Shown: positions 1 to 10,684 of the stretch, piece by piece
Position numbering within the stretch: position 1 is the stretch's first letter
Layout of the letters: each line of letters starts with the position of its first letter
Source of the DNA: Chthoniobacterales bacterium
GTDB lineage: Bacteria; Verrucomicrobiota; Verrucomicrobiia; Chthoniobacterales; UBA10450
Assembly (NCBI GenBank): GCA_038198475.1
Contig: JBBPZW010000122.1
Location: forward strand, 1,001-65,000
Direction: 5' to 3'
Length of the DNA stretch: 64,000 nucleotides
Program-made: the position numbers and the translations under genes
Notes under the pieces: generated by a model
Seen by the model: the letters and a program-made list of their open reading frames with translations, nothing else
Databases searched by the model: none
Told to the model about the DNA's origin: nothing

Positions 1-75
1 CGACTCCTTTTTCTCGTTCTCGTCATCGCCCTCTCGATCGCGATTATCTGGATCGCGACCCATCTGCATTTTTGA
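1..75 (+). CDS. 3-prime end of an upstream CDS (hydrophobic C-terminal helix), partial
   Basis: Frame 1 reads RLLFLVLVIALSIAIIWIATHLHF then TGA at 73-75. It looks like a transmembrane segment. The gene start lies outside the window. Confidence 0.3.
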   Translation, partial: RLLFLVLVIALSIAIIWIATHLHF

Positions 76-130
76 TCCGCCGGCCGCCAGCCGGGTGGCA
101 AAGTCAGCCCAAGCCTGTTAATTGCGCGTG

Positions 131-421
131 ATGTCCACGCCTTCCGACCTCGATGTCGCCCACGTCGCGCGCCTCGCCCGGCTTGAGTTGAGCAAAGAAG
201 AGACGGCCCTTTTCCAAAGCCAGCTCGCGCAAGTCCTGGAGCATGCCGAAAAGCTGCGAGAGGTGGATGTCGAGGGCGTTGAACCCGCGGCGCACGCGTC
301 GCCGCAATTTGATATCCTGCGGACCGACGAAACGCGTCCCGGTTTAACGCAGGAAGAAGCGCTGCGCAACGCGCCGCGCGCCGCGAACGGCCTCTTCATC
401 GTCACCAAAGTGATCGAATGA
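131..421 (+). CDS. gatC: Asp-tRNA(Asn)/Glu-tRNA(Gln) amidotransferase subunit C
   Basis: Translation MSTPSDLDVAHVARLARLELSKEE...GVEP is typical of GatC. The stop overlaps the gatA ATG (ATGA at 418-421). ATG at 131 is preferred over the TTG at 122. Confidence 0.9.
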   Translation: MSTPSDLDVAHVARLARLELSKEETALFQSQLAQVLEHAEKLREVDVEGVEPAAHASPQFDILRTDETRPGLTQEEALRNAPRAANGLFIVTKVIE

Positions 422-1878
422 CGCCGCGCGATCTTCCCGGCCTAACGATCGCCGAGTTGCAGAAAGTTTTGCGCGCACGCGAGGTCACGCCGCGCGAAGT
501 GCTGGTGGCGCTGGAGGAACGCATCGAACGGCTCGAGCCGAAAATCGGCGCCTATCTTTCGCGCGACCTCGATACCGCCCTCGCGGCCGCCGATACGGTC
601 GATGTGAATCTGCCGTTAGGCGGAGTTCCGCTCGCGATCAAGGACGCGATTAGCGTCGCGGGGCAGCCCTGCACCTGCGCCTCCCGCATCCTGCGCGATT
701 ACCGGGCGCTCTTCGACGCAACCGTCATTTCGAAGCTGAAGGCGGCCGGGGCGATTCCCTTCGGCAAAACAAACCTGGATGAGTTTGCGATGGGTTCCTC
801 AACCGAGAACTCGAGCGTCAAACCAACCCGCAATCCCTGGGATCCGACCCGAATTCCGGGCGGCTCAAGTGGTGGCTCGGCCGCGGCGGTCGCCGCCGGG
901 ATGGCGATTGGTTCGTTAGGCTCGGATACCGGCGGTTCCATTCGCCAACCGGCGGCGCTCTGCGGCGCGGTCGGCCTTAAGCCGAGCTACGGCCGCGTCT
1001 CGCGCTACGGTCTCGTGGCTTTTGCCTCCTCGCTCGACCAGGTCGGTCCGATCACTAAAACAGTGCGCGATTCCGCGCTTGTCCTGCAGGCGATGGCGGG
1101 CCTCGACCCTAACGATTCCACTTCCCTCGACGCGCCAGTGCCGGACTTCACCGCGGCGCTGGAAAAAGATCTTCACGGCGTCCGGCTCGGTTTGCCCCGG
1201 GAATATTTAAGCGACGGGATCGACCCCGACGTGCGATCGGCGATCGACGTCGCGATCGCGCAGTTCGGTTCGTTAGGCGCAGAGATGGTTGAAGTTTCCC
1301 TGCCGCATACCCATTACGCGATCGAGACTTACTACATCATCGCAACCGCGGAAGCGTCGGCCAACCTGGCCCGCTTTGACGGTGTGCGTTACGGCTACCG
1401 CGCGGACAATCCGCAGAACCTGCTCGACCATTACAGCCGCACGCGCGCGGAAGGATTTGGGCTGGAAGTGAAACGCCGGATTATCCTCGGGACCTACGTT
1501 CTCAGCTCCGGCTATTACGATGCGTACTATCTGCGCGCGCAGAAAGTGCGAACCCTCATCCGGCAGGACTTCGCGCGCGTTTTCGAGAGAGTGGATGCGT
1601 TAATCTCGCCGACCACGCCCGGGCCAGCCTTCAAAATCGGTGAGCGCTCGAGCGATCCGTGGCGAATGTACCTGGCCGACATTTTTACCATCGCCGCCAA
1701 TCTCGCGGGGATTTGCGCAATCAGCGTTCCCTGCGGCTTCGCCCTCAGCGCGGAAGGAACGCAATTGCCGATCGGCCTGCAAGTCCTTGGACCGTCGTTA
1801 GGCGAAGCGCGCATCCTGCAGGTCGCGCAGGCGTTCGAGCAAAGCACCGACTGGCACCAACGCCGGCCGCCCGTCTAA
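418..1878 (+). CDS. gatA: Asp-tRNA(Asn)/Glu-tRNA(Gln) amidotransferase subunit A (amidase family)
   Basis: 486 aa with the amidase signature GGSSGGSAAAVAAG and GSDTGGSIRQPAA. It is coupled to gatC. Confidence 0.95.
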   Translation: MTPRDLPGLTIAELQKVLRAREVTPREVLVALEERIERLEPKIGAYLSRDLDTALAAADTVDVNLPLGGVPLAIKDAISVAGQPCTCASRILRDYRALFDATVISKLKAAGAIPFGKTNLDEFAMGSSTENSSVKPTRNPWDPTRIPGGSSGGSAAAVAAGMAIGSLGSDTGGSIRQPAALCGAVGLKPSYGRVSRYGLVAFASSLDQVGPITKTVRDSALVLQAMAGLDPNDSTSLDAPVPDFTAALEKDLHGVRLGLPREYLSDGIDPDVRSAIDVAIAQFGSLGAEMVEVSLPHTHYAIETYYIIATAEASANLARFDGVRYGYRADNPQNLLDHYSRTRAEGFGLEVKRRIILGTYVLSSGYYDAYYLRAQKVRTLIRQDFARVFERVDALISPTTPGPAFKIGERSSDPWRMYLADIFTIAANLAGICAISVPCGFALSAEGTQLPIGLQVLGPSLGEARILQVAQAFEQSTDWHQRRPPV

Positions 1879-3227
1879 CCGGCCGCGGCGGCCAGTTGCG
1901 CGTCGCGCCGGCGCACGACGATGAGCGTGACGAACGCGGCCAGCGCGCAGATTACGGCGCCGATCGCGAGCGTCGCGGAAGTTCCCACATAGTGCGCCAG
2001 CGCGCCCGCTTCGAGAGCGCCGAAGGGAATCATGCCGCCGAAGATCAAAGCCCAGATTCCCATCACCCGTCCGCGCATTTCGTCCGGCACGATGGTCTGC
2101 ACGGTGGTGTTCGAGGTGGAAAAGAAAAGCATCATCCCGAACCCCGTGCCGGCAAGGCAGAGCATTGCGATCGTTAGGTTGCGGTTGAAGGCAAAGATCA
2201 GAAGCATCGCGCAAAAGAGCCAGACGCCGCCGAAGGCCAGTTTGCGCGCAGCAATGTTGCTGCCAAAGGTTGCGGTCGTGAGCGCGCCGACGAGTGCCCC
2301 GACGCCGCTCGCGCCTAACAAAAAGCCGTAGCCCTGCTCGCCCAGATGGAGCACGTCGCGGGCAAAGGCCGGCATCAGGACGGAATACGACCAGCCAAAA
2401 ATTCCGACGATGGTGAAGAGGGCAAAAATTGTCCGCACCCGCACGTGATTCCAAACGTAACGGAAACCCTCGAGCGATTGCGCAAGCGGTCCGCCCCGCG
2501 CGAGACTCGGGACGTGCGGCGGCAGGCGCATCATGAGCAAGCCGGCCAGAACCGCGAGGAAGCTCACACCATCGATAAAAAAGCAGAGGGCGATGCCGAC
2601 TTTCGCCATCAGGAAACCAGCGATGGCCGGGCCAATGATCCGCGCGCCATTGAACATCGCGGAATTGAGCGAGATGGCATTCATCAGATCCTCGCGGCTC
2701 GCGATTTCCACCACGAACGATTGCCGCGCCGGCATGTCGAAGGCCATCACGACGCCGCCGCAAAGGCCGAGGACGATAATTTCCCACGGCCGAATGAGCC
2801 CGGTCCAGACCAGGCCCGCAAAGACAAAGGCAAGAATCATCATCGCGACCTGGGTGCAGATGAGAACAGACCGTTTCGGGAAATGATCGGCGGCCCACCC
2901 GCCGAGGGCGGCGAAGAACAGCATCGGCGCGGTCCCCGCAGCGGCGACAATGCCTAACAATGCCTTGGAGCCAGTCAGTTGATAAACCAGCCAGCCCTGC
3001 GCGGTGGTCGTCATCCAGGTGCCGATGAGAGAAACGAGCTGCCCCCAGAAATAGAGCCGGTAGTTGCGATACTGGAAGGCCGAGAAAGTTTTTCGCCACG
3101 AAACGCCGCCTGTCGCGACCCGGCGCGGACGTCCGGTCAAATCCTCCGGGACGGAGGCGGTGCGTTGGAATTCGGGCGCTTTCATCGGCGGGCGGAATTT
3201 CCTCGCCTGCTTTGAGCGCGAATCCAA
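1875..3227 (-). CDS. MFS transporter (EntS/MFS_3-like)
   Basis: 450 aa with about 12 hydrophobic segments. The N-terminal FRNYRLYFWGQLVSLIGTWM motif is typical of this MFS subfamily. The start is uncertain (alternative MKAPEF about 40 nt downstream). Confidence 0.8.
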   Translation of the reverse strand: MDSRSKQARKFRPPMKAPEFQRTASVPEDLTGRPRRVATGGVSWRKTFSAFQYRNYRLYFWGQLVSLIGTWMTTTAQGWLVYQLTGSKALLGIVAAAGTAPMLFFAALGGWAADHFPKRSVLICTQVAMMILAFVFAGLVWTGLIRPWEIIVLGLCGGVVMAFDMPARQSFVVEIASREDLMNAISLNSAMFNGARIIGPAIAGFLMAKVGIALCFFIDGVSFLAVLAGLLMMRLPPHVPSLARGGPLAQSLEGFRYVWNHVRVRTIFALFTIVGIFGWSYSVLMPAFARDVLHLGEQGYGFLLGASGVGALVGALTTATFGSNIAARKLAFGGVWLFCAMLLIFAFNRNLTIAMLCLAGTGFGMMLFFSTSNTTVQTIVPDEMRGRVMGIWALIFGGMIPFGALEAGALAHYVGTSATLAIGAVICALAAFVTLIVVRRRDAQLAAAAG

Positions 3228-3300
3228 GTGAAGAATTTCCGCCTAACGAAAAGCCTTTCGGCGAGACCGATCGGGGGCGCATCTGCGAAACAATGGAAGG

Positions 3301-3963
3301 ATGCAATTCCTGGACCGAGCCGATGCCGGCCGATATCTCGCGCGCGAGCTGGAACCCTGGCGCGGGCAGCCCGGGCTTCTCGTGCTTGCGTTGCCGCGCG
3401 GCGGCGTGCCGGTGGCTTACGAGATTGCGCGGGCCTTGTCCGCGCCGCTCGACGTCTTCGTGGTGCGAAAGCTGGGCGTCCCGGGACGGGAGGAGCTTGC
3501 GATGGGCGCGGTCGCGTCCGGCGGTGTGCGGGTCTTGAATGAGGATGTGATCGCCGCGCTCGGGCCGCGCGCGCACGAGGCAATCGAACAGGCCATCAGG
3601 CGTGAAACCGAAGAGCTACGCCGGCGCGAGGAACGCTACCGCGGGGCGCGCGCTTTCCCCGATCTGGCGGGCCGGACGGTCATCCTGGTGGACGACGGTT
3701 TGGCGACCGGCGCCACGATGCGCGCGGCTGCCCGCGCGGTGCGTCAACGTCGGCCCGCGCGACTGATCATTGCCGTCCCGGTCGCATCGCAGACGACTTG
3801 TCGCGAGATGCAAGATGAGGCGGACGATGTCGTCTGCGGGATGATCCCCGAGGCATTTTTCGGGGTCGGCCAGTTCTACGAAAACTTCCGCCAGACGACG
3901 GACGAAGAAGTGCAATCCTACCTGGGACAAACAGGACACCAAACGACCGAGCCTAACGAATAA
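3301..3963 (+). CDS. phosphoribosyltransferase family protein
   Basis: Contains the PRPP-binding motif VILVDDGLATGATM and N-terminal FxDRxxAGxxLA, typical of type I PRTase-like proteins. Confidence 0.75.
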   Translation: MQFLDRADAGRYLARELEPWRGQPGLLVLALPRGGVPVAYEIARALSAPLDVFVVRKLGVPGREELAMGAVASGGVRVLNEDVIAALGPRAHEAIEQAIRRETEELRRREERYRGARAFPDLAGRTVILVDDGLATGATMRAAARAVRQRRPARLIIAVPVASQTTCREMQDEADDVVCGMIPEAFFGVGQFYENFRQTTDEEVQSYLGQTGHQTTEPNE

Positions 3964-4014
3964 GCGCTGGACTCACGGCCAAACCAAGGGCCTGTCGGGA
4001 AACGAATCGAGAGT

Positions 4015-5104
4015 GTGAAACGTGCGCTTTTTTATTCTCTCGGTCTACTCTCCATGGGGACGGCTTTTTCGACCCCGGCCGATCTCGCGACCTTGGAAAT
4101 GGTCGCGAGCTTCCCTAATCAGCAGGTAACCGGGATTGCCGTTTCCAAGCACGGACGGATCTTCGTCAATTTCCCGAATTGGTCCGACGATCACACTCTC
4201 TCCGTTGCGGAAATTATCGATGGAAAACCGGTCCCCTACCCGAACGAAGAATGGAATCGAGCGGGCACGCCGGACAAGCATTTCGTCTGTGTTCAAAGTG
4301 TCTTCGTCGACGAGAGCGATAGCCTTTGGATTCTCGACCCGGCGGCTCCGAAGATGAAAGAGATCGTCAAGGGCGGGCCGAAACTCGTGAAAGTCGACCT
4401 GGTAAAGAATGCGATCGTGCAGACGATCCCGTTTAGCGAACAGGTCGCGCCGAAAATGAGTTATCTGAATGACGTCCGGGTCGACACCAAAGCCCAGACC
4501 GCCTTTATCACCGATTCGGGCCTCGGCGCGATCATTGTGTTAGACCTGCGGACCGGAAAAGCGCGGCGGGTCCTGGAGGACGATCATTCCACCAAGGCGG
4601 AAAAGGACTTCAAGTTGCAGGTAAAAGGCCGCGAACTGCTGGGAGATAATGGAAAACCACCGCAGATCCATTCCGATGGCATCGCCCTGGATGCCCTGAA
4701 TGTTTCTCTACTACCACGCCCTCACCGCGCACACCCTCTACCGAATCAAGACAGCCGACCTGCAGAATAATCGCCTAACGAGCAGTCAGCTAAAGACCAA
4801 AGTCGAAACCGTGGTCGAAACCCCCGCTCCGGACGGGATGATTATGGGACCGAACGGAAAGCTCTACCTGACCGATGTGGAACATGGCGCGGTCGTGGGA
4901 TTCGATCCGAAGGAGGAAAAACTGCAGCCGATCGCAGCCGACGGTCGTCTCGTCTGGCCCGACAGCTTGGCCTGGGGACCGGACGGCGCGCTCTACGTCA
5001 CCACCTCTCAGATTCAGGAGATGCCGCGGTTCAATGGCGGCAAGGATATGCGAACACTCCCATATCACGTCTATAAGATTGTAGGCGCACTGAACGCACC
5101 GTAG
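4015..5104 (+). pseudogene. major royal jelly protein/yellow-like secreted beta-propeller protein, disrupted by a frameshift near 4695-4705
   Basis: Two overlapping ORFs (4015-4770 and 4700-5104) together read as one MRJP/yellow-type protein: signal peptide, FVDESDSLWILD, DGIALD then LYYHALTAHTLYRI. The frame changes inside ...IALDALN|FLYYHAL... Confidence 0.6.
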
Positions 5105-5291
5105 CTCAAGACAACGTCCAAGAATCTCGGTCGAATGTCCTTTCGCGGGCGAAACGATCGTTGAGTTAGCAGCAGCGCAACGCATCGAGGCCGCGAACTT
5201 TTCTCACTGACACGATGGGATGAAGATTCTGCGTGCTCACTCGAAACAGATCTGGCAAAGGTGGAAACGAATCGTGTAAGGAATCAAGAAG

Positions 5292-5666
5292 ATGAAATAT
5301 GCATTGTGGATCATTCAGGGACTGCTCGCGGCGCTCTTCCTTTTCGCCGGGGTCATGAAACTCATCATGCCAATCGAGACGATGACTCAGGAAATGCCCC
5401 TGCCCGGGCTCCTCCTCCGTTTTATCGGAGTATGCGAGGTCCTGGGTGGGATCGGCCTCGTCCTGCCCGCCTGGCTTGGCATTCGGCCGGGCTTGACCGC
5501 GCTGGCGGCAGTTGGACTTATCATCATCATGGTTGGTGCGGTCGTAATTACCGCCAGGACCGGCGCCCCGGCGAAGGCCATAATCCCGCTGGTGGTCGCC
5601 CTGCTCCTGGCGTTTGTTGTCTATGGGCGCCGGCGGCTTCGTCCAACGGCACCCGCTGATAGCTGA
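5292..5666 (+). CDS. DoxX family membrane protein
   Basis: 124 aa with four hydrophobic helices. The N-terminus ILQGLLAALFLFAGVMKL is typical of DoxX. Confidence 0.75.
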   Translation: MKYALWIIQGLLAALFLFAGVMKLIMPIETMTQEMPLPGLLLRFIGVCEVLGGIGLVLPAWLGIRPGLTALAAVGLIIIMVGAVVITARTGAPAKAIIPLVVALLLAFVVYGRRRLRPTAPADS

Positions 5667-5734
5667 GATCGTCGCTTTAATGTCCTACTCGTAGCCGAGA
5701 TTTGATTCCATCCTCGGGCTATGAGGTCAGCTTC

Positions 5735-6748
5735 ATGAGTCCCAAGACAATTGGGATCATCGGCTTCGATGGAGTCATCGCCTCCCATCTCTCGGGACCG
5801 GCGGATGCATTTACGGTCGCCGCCCTGGAAGATGGATTTGGAGGGCGCATCCCCTGCTACAACGTGCGGACGATTGGCCTGACGATAAAATCTTTCGCAG
5901 CCGAATCCGGAATGATTTTTCATCCACAGCACTCGCTCGCGACCGCGCCGCCACTGGACACAATCATCGTGGCAGGCGGTCGAGGCAGTCTCCGGCGCGA
6001 CATCTGGGAACCGCTCTCCGAATGGCTCATGAGCCGCGCTTACGAGACGCGCCGGATGGCCTCAATTTGCACTGGAATCTATGCCTTGATTCCGACCGGG
6101 TTGCTCGATGGTCGCCAAGTTACAAGCCACTGGCGCTCGGTCTCCGATCTGCGGCGGCGTTACCCCTCCCTGCGGATCGATCACAAGCGACGCCTGATAA
6201 AGGATGGGACCTTCTACACTTCGGCGGGTCTCACCGGTGGAGTCGACCTTGCCCTGGCGTTGATCGAGGAGGACTACGGCCAACAGGTGGCGCTCGCAAC
6301 TGGGCGGGAGCTCATGACTTACCTCGAATCGAAAGCAGAGCCCAACACCAACGAACCAATCGGCGATCCGGTTCGCTGGCCAATCGACCGTTTCGGGGAA
6401 CTCATCGCCTGGATCATGCGCAATCTACAGCAGGATCTCACGGTGGAAGTCATGGCAAGGCAGGCCTGCATGTGCCCAGCGCACTTTACCCGCGCCTTCA
6501 AGAGTGTTTTCGGCAATACCCCCGGAGAATTTGTTGAAAACCTACGCCTCAACGAAGCTCGGCGTCGCCTATCTTCCCGGGGCAAAACCTTGCGTAGCGT
6601 CGCCAACTCGGTCGGCTTCCGCGATGCCGATACCTTCCGTCGAGCGTTCGAGCGTCGCTTCGGATCCGGCCCGGCGAGTTACCTTGCCGGGAACGGAGCC
6701 AGGTCGATGACCACGCGGCCTGCCCCGCCGGCTACCGCGCGGCGCTAG
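5735..6748 (+). CDS. GlxA-family transcriptional regulator (DJ-1/PfpI domain plus AraC HTH)
   Basis: N-terminal IGIIGFDGV...ICTGIYAL...TSHW (DJ-1-like) and a C-terminal AraC HTH (FTRAFKSVFGNTPGEFV...GFRDADTFRRAFERRFG). ATG at 5735 is preferred over the TTG at 5702. Confidence 0.85.
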   Translation: MSPKTIGIIGFDGVIASHLSGPADAFTVAALEDGFGGRIPCYNVRTIGLTIKSFAAESGMIFHPQHSLATAPPLDTIIVAGGRGSLRRDIWEPLSEWLMSRAYETRRMASICTGIYALIPTGLLDGRQVTSHWRSVSDLRRRYPSLRIDHKRRLIKDGTFYTSAGLTGGVDLALALIEEDYGQQVALATGRELMTYLESKAEPNTNEPIGDPVRWPIDRFGELIAWIMRNLQQDLTVEVMARQACMCPAHFTRAFKSVFGNTPGEFVENLRLNEARRRLSSRGKTLRSVANSVGFRDADTFRRAFERRFGSGPASYLAGNGARSMTTRPAPPATARR

Positions 6749-6923
6749 ACGGCGCACGTCCGGGAAAAGCATATTCGTTAGGCCAGGTTGCCGACACCTG
6801 CTGCTGCTTCTTGTTCAACAGGATTCCGTCCGCGTCTCGAACTGTCGGCTTTAAGTCCTAACGCTGCCTTCCTCCTGCGCTTTATAACTTGATTGTTACC
6901 TAACCTAACGAAGCAAGAAACCA

Positions 6924-9900
6924 ATGATTCAAATACAACTCAGCAATCCAGGAAAACTCCGGGCCGCTCTCACGATCGGCCTCGGGATAACTCTATTGAC
7001 GGCGGGCAGCGCGTTTGCCCAGGACCCGACACCCGCTGCCGAAAGTCCGGCCCAAGCGTTGAATGCACCGGGTGCGACCGGTGCCGCGCCGGCTCCTGGC
7101 AGTCAACCACCGAGCAATGCCACTGGAGCCGTGGCGGAAACGGAACGTATCATCGTGACCGGTTCCAACATTCCGACCGCTCAGGAAGTAGGACCCAACC
7201 CGGTCTTGAATATTAACCGGGACTTGATCAACAAATCCGGGGAGCGTACGGCAGAAGAGTTAATCAAAAATCTGCCGGTCGCCAACGGCGGAGGCGTCCC
7301 GATTTCCAACAACGGCACCGGCTTCACTCCGGGCGCATCAGCGATCTCGCTGCGCGGCCTCGGCCCGCAATATACGCTGATCTTGATTGACGGCCGACGT
7401 CTCTCTCCTTATCCGATCGGGACTGGTGGCGTCGTCTCCTTCTTTGACTTGCGTTCGATCCCGGAAGCAGCCATCGAGAGCATCGAAATCCTGAAAGATG
7501 GCGCCTCGACCACCTATGGCGCGGACGCGGTAGCGGGAGTGGTGAACGTCAAGCTCCGCCACGATTATCGCGGGGCAGAAGCTTCTGTCGAATACGGTAA
7601 TACACTGGATAAAGACTCCGGCGAATTTCGGGCATCCTTAGTCTACGGTGTGGGCGACGACAAGACGAGCATCACCGGGACGATGAATTTCTATCATCGG
7701 AATTCCATCTTTAATCGCGACCGTGGCTTTTCGCTGAAACCCCCCTTCCTTAGCAGCAACACGACGCCCTACAACCTGCAGCTGTCGAGCGCGGCGGTCG
7801 TGGCGGCCGGCGTAGACCCAGCGACTTTGCCTGTCGACTCCAGTGGCAACCTGCTGCCGATCATCTTCGGCACGCCGCCCAACGGGTCGAATGGTTCGGC
7901 GCCGGCCACGAGTTACACCTATTCTGCGAGGCGGCCGCGGTCCTCGATCCTTCCAGGCTTTGACTATAACCTTTTCTCGGGCGCCTATCCCGATATCGAA
8001 AATTACGGCGGCTTCGCCAATTTCACGCACAAAATCTTTGGCGAGCAGATGGTCCTATTCGGCGACATTTACTACGAGAACTCGAGTTCCCACAACGAAC
8101 TTGCCCCGGTCGCGACGAACGACTTCGATACCCCAGGTGCCAAGGTCATCGCGATCCCACCAGGGACGAACCTGAACGGAGTCGCTCCGCCGAATACGCC
8201 GACCTATGAAGAGACCGGTTTGCCGGCTGATGCGGTTAACCCATTCAATCCTTTTAATCAGATCATCTCCGGCGGCAGCCGCGCTCGCTTTCTTGAGTTC
8301 GGTAACCGGCTGATCGATAGCGACACGGATAACTTCCTCGCGACAATCGGTGTGCGCGGCGACAGGTTATTTGATGGCACCTGGGGCTACGACGGCGGCT
8401 TTCGCTATAATAAGATAAAGGTAACTCAGGACCTGCAGTCCATCTCCATTACTCGCCTGACGGAAATCCTGAATCAAAATTCGCCCGTTTTTGCCGCCGG
8501 CGGTGTGCTGGCGGGGGGAACGGCCTTTAATCCGTTTGGTGATGCCCTTTTCGGTCCGCCAATTGCCAGCAACTTCGCGGACGTGGCCTACGCCACCATC
8601 CACGCAAAGGATGTGGACACCTCCGAGATCGCGACGCTTGATCTCAACATCTACACGACATCGCTCTTCAAACTGCCGGCAGGCGGAGTTGGCTTTGCTT
8701 TTGGCGGGCAGTTCCGTCGCGAGCAGCTGACACAAGAGGTGGACGAACTATCTCTCACGGGAGATGTTGCCGCCGCCTCCCCGGGCGCCAGCACTCAGGC
8801 GGGTCGAAAGGACTACGCCTTCTACGCAGAAGCAAACATTCCGATCACCAGCCCGACCTTCAATTTCCCGGGCTTTTACTCCACGGAGCTTACGGCTGCG
8901 GTGCGCTATGAAGCCTTTGAAAACAACAACACCAACGTAACGGTGCCGAAGTTCGGTCTGCGGTGGCAGCCGATTGACGAGTCGTTGACGGTTCGCGCCA
9001 CGATTGGCAAGGGATTCCTCGAGCCTTCGTTGATCGAACTTTTCGGCAGTCCCACCTCGGCTTTAGCGCCAGTCACGGATACATTACCGACTTCATTGGG
9101 CGGCCCTCCCGTTCCGATCGGCGATCCGAGCCGAACGGAAAGGGAGCAAAACATCGTCGATACCAGTAACCCGGCGCTCCAGCCGGAGGACTCCACCTCC
9201 TTTACCGCGGGCATCGTCTGGACTCCGAAGTTTATTAACGGCCTGACGATCACGGTCGATCTCTGGGATACCGAACAAACTGGACAGGTCATTTTGGACA
9301 ACATCCCTGCGATCCTCAAACGCGAGGGGGAGGGCGCATTGCTGCCAGGTGAAATTGTGCAAAGAGATTCGCGAGGGTTCATCAATCGAATCTTTGTGCC
9401 CTTTATCAATAGCGGAGCGACCACAGCCTCCGGCGTTGATTTCGGCATGCAATACGTTTATCCAACGTCTTTCGGTACCTTTACCTCGTTGACTCAGGTG
9501 TCCTATCTCGACTCTTTTGAATTCCAAGGTACCTCGGATAGTCGGACGGCGCAGTTGGCCGGCGTCGCCGTTGCGGGCATAGCCGATACAACCTCGGTCG
9601 ACGGTAATCTAAGGTGGAAGGGGATTCAGCGCCTCGACTGGGCGTGGAATGGCTGGGATCTCATCGGCACCGCCAGGTTCGTGGATGGATATCACGAATT
9701 ATTGCCCAACTCCCACAATCACTGGGTTAGCCAGACGTGGACCTTTGATGGCCAGGCGTCCTATGACTTCACTTTTGCCGCGCCGGTTGAAAAGCAACCG
9801 GTGGCCGGGTATTCAAAAGATGCCAAGGACGTCGAGCGCGACAAGGCCGGCAAACCAGCTGAAAGCTCGATGTCTCAAACTGCGAGCGCCGGTCTGCCAA

Positions 9901-10070
9901 TTTGGCAGCGGGTCCTCAATGGGACGACGATCTCGCTCGGGTGCGACAACATCTTTGGCCAGGATCCGCCCAAGGCATACGGTTTCGGCGGCAATTCCAC
10001 CAAGTATCCGGGCTTCCTTTACGACCCGACTGGTCGCTTCGTCTACATTCAATTAACGAAGAAATTTTAG
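6924..10070 (+). CDS. TonB-dependent outer membrane receptor
   Basis: 1048 aa with a signal peptide, a plug region (IIVTGSNIPTAQEVGPNPV...ISLRGLGPQYTLILIDGRR), long beta-barrel-like sequence, and a terminal aromatic residue (...IQLTKKF). Confidence 0.85.
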   Translation: MIQIQLSNPGKLRAALTIGLGITLLTAGSAFAQDPTPAAESPAQALNAPGATGAAPAPGSQPPSNATGAVAETERIIVTGSNIPTAQEVGPNPVLNINRDLINKSGERTAEELIKNLPVANGGGVPISNNGTGFTPGASAISLRGLGPQYTLILIDGRRLSPYPIGTGGVVSFFDLRSIPEAAIESIEILKDGASTTYGADAVAGVVNVKLRHDYRGAEASVEYGNTLDKDSGEFRASLVYGVGDDKTSITGTMNFYHRNSIFNRDRGFSLKPPFLSSNTTPYNLQLSSAAVVAAGVDPATLPVDSSGNLLPIIFGTPPNGSNGSAPATSYTYSARRPRSSILPGFDYNLFSGAYPDIENYGGFANFTHKIFGEQMVLFGDIYYENSSSHNELAPVATNDFDTPGAKVIAIPPGTNLNGVAPPNTPTYEETGLPADAVNPFNPFNQIISGGSRARFLEFGNRLIDSDTDNFLATIGVRGDRLFDGTWGYDGGFRYNKIKVTQDLQSISITRLTEILNQNSPVFAAGGVLAGGTAFNPFGDALFGPPIASNFADVAYATIHAKDVDTSEIATLDLNIYTTSLFKLPAGGVGFAFGGQFRREQLTQEVDELSLTGDVAAASPGASTQAGRKDYAFYAEANIPITSPTFNFPGFYSTELTAAVRYEAFENNNTNVTVPKFGLRWQPIDESLTVRATIGKGFLEPSLIELFGSPTSALAPVTDTLPTSLGGPPVPIGDPSRTEREQNIVDTSNPALQPEDSTSFTAGIVWTPKFINGLTITVDLWDTEQTGQVILDNIPAILKREGEGALLPGEIVQRDSRGFINRIFVPFINSGATTASGVDFGMQYVYPTSFGTFTSLTQVSYLDSFEFQGTSDSRTAQLAGVAVAGIADTTSVDGNLRWKGIQRLDWAWNGWDLIGTARFVDGYHELLPNSHNHWVSQTWTFDGQASYDFTFAAPVEKQPVAGYSKDAKDVERDKAGKPAESSMSQTASAGLPIWQRVLNGTTISLGCDNIFGQDPPKAYGFGGNSTKYPGFLYDPTGRFVYIQLTKKF

Positions 10071-10096
10071 CCTTGGGAATCAGGCTAATCTGCAGG

Positions 10097-10131
10097 GAGG
10101 CAGCGGGCTCGCCCGCTGCCTCTTTCTTTTT
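10097..10131 (+). terminator. rho-independent terminator after the TonB-dependent receptor
   Basis: Perfect 11-bp stem GAGGCAGCGGG / CCCGCTGCCTC with a 4-nt loop, followed by TTTCTTTTT, about 27 nt after the stop codon. Confidence 0.7.
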
Positions 10132-10297
10132 CACCGGCGAGGCGTTTCCCCCAGGCTCTTCGGGCAACGCCTTTAGACGGCTCGATACGCGCTCTTGTCT
10201 GTCGTCGCGCAAACGCCCAAGTTGGTTTAGGTTCCACAACGGGACCGAGAGAACACTTTGGGATGAAGAAGCGGTCGTCTTTATGAGGAGGCTAGAT

Positions 10298-10684
10298 ATG
10301 GATCTGTCGAGCGATGAGGAATCGTCTCCAGAGAAACCGGGCACGCTCCCGCCGTCGTCGGGTCGCCCGGAGGCGGACGCCACGACCAAGAACGCCAAGG
10401 CGCTCGACGAAATGATGCCGCAGGTCTACGAAGAATTGCGTCTGCTGGCTGCTGGCTACCTGCGGAATGAGCGGCCCGAGCACACCCTGCAACGAACGGC
10501 ACTTGTCCATGAGGCTTATCTCCGACTCGCTGCGCAAAAAAACGCGGCCTGGGAGAACCCGGAGCATCTCCTCGCCATTTTCGCCCGCCTCATGCGCCAG
10601 ACCCTGACTAACCATGCCGTTGCCCGAAGCATCGCACCCGCCATCCCGGCTTGGATGAGGTTGAGCGCGTGGTCTGCGAGGTAG
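10298..10684 (+). pseudogene. ECF sigma factor (kinase-associated ECF type), truncated after region 2
   Basis: The translation matches the N-terminal half of this ECF family: LDEMMPQVYEELRLLAAGYLRNERPEHTLQRTALVHEAYLRL...FARLMRQTLTNHAVAR. After about residue 110 it runs into out-of-frame sequence and stops. Region 4 is absent. AGGAGG lies 7 nt upstream of the ATG. Confidence 0.6.

Noticed and set aside
1798-3576. 592-aa minus-strand ORF
   Set aside because: It is Arg/Ala/Pro/Gly-rich low-complexity translation, typical of a wrong frame in GC-rich DNA. It overlaps the well-supported MFS gene in another frame and runs antisense to the phosphoribosyltransferase gene.
9902-10297. N-terminal extension of the sigma-factor ORF
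   Set aside because: It overlaps the end of the TonB receptor and crosses the terminator hairpin. A good SD plus ATG is present at 10298.
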